From: a virus
Taxonomy: Duplodnaviria; Caudoviricetes
Direction: 5' to 3' (one strand)
Length of the DNA stretch: 45,708 nt
IMG/VR virus record: IMGVR_UViG_3300037796_000113
Coordinates: 1-45,708 of that record
Below, in pieces: positions 45,702 to 45,708 of the stretch (position 1 is its first letter; each line of letters begins with the position of its first letter). Made by a program: the position numbers and the translations under genes. Below the pieces are notes generated by a model. It saw only the letters and a list, made by a program, of their open reading frames with translations. It searched no databases and was not told the origin of the DNA.

Positions 45702-45708
45702 AGAAGGT

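Noticed and set aside
1-45708. Alternative genetic code, tRNA genes, introns or inteins
   Set aside because: Genes tile densely under the standard code using all three stops; no tRNA-like, intron or intein motifs were recognised by eye (not excluded without a search).

Overview
A 45.7-kb segment of a large contractile-tailed (myovirus-type) bacteriophage, with all credible genes on the + strand. Head, sheath and chaperone genes resemble SPO1/Twort-like phages. Order: (1) 1-12.8 kb, an array of probable virion-packaged 'polyvalent' effectors (SNF2 helicase, two different ADP-ribosyltransferase folds, two HipA/PI3K-like kinases, MuF); (2) 13.3-18.9 kb, Com-like zinc finger, prohead protease, scaffold, major capsid and accessory genes; (3) 18.9-21.9 kb, a fully nested dual-coding membrane/coiled-coil gene pair and a LamG/repeat fibre; (4) 21.9-42 kb, neck, sheath, tube, chaperones (probable +1 frameshift), tape measure, baseplate and two paralogous fibres; (5) 42-43.7 kb, a holin/spanin-like cassette with no visible endolysin; (6) a sigma70 promoter, phage sigma factor, 46-bp tandem repeat and a putative replication gene with a CTAG-rich palindrome cluster. 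Terminase and portal are not in the window. Main candidates for new biology: (a) a recurring hydrophobic-x-K-[S/A/G] site plus a basic beta-hairpin tag that brackets each effector domain and matches the predicted capsid/scaffold maturation site, suggesting a modular packaging-and-release system for injected enzymes; (b) a Com-like zinc-finger gene followed by GAGNCC repeats overlapping a terminator in front of the protease gene, a possible protease-sensitive antitermination switch; (c) a nested, non-lipoprotein spanin-like pair served by a tandem Shine-Dalgarno. All family assignments come from motif recognition by eye; no database search was run.
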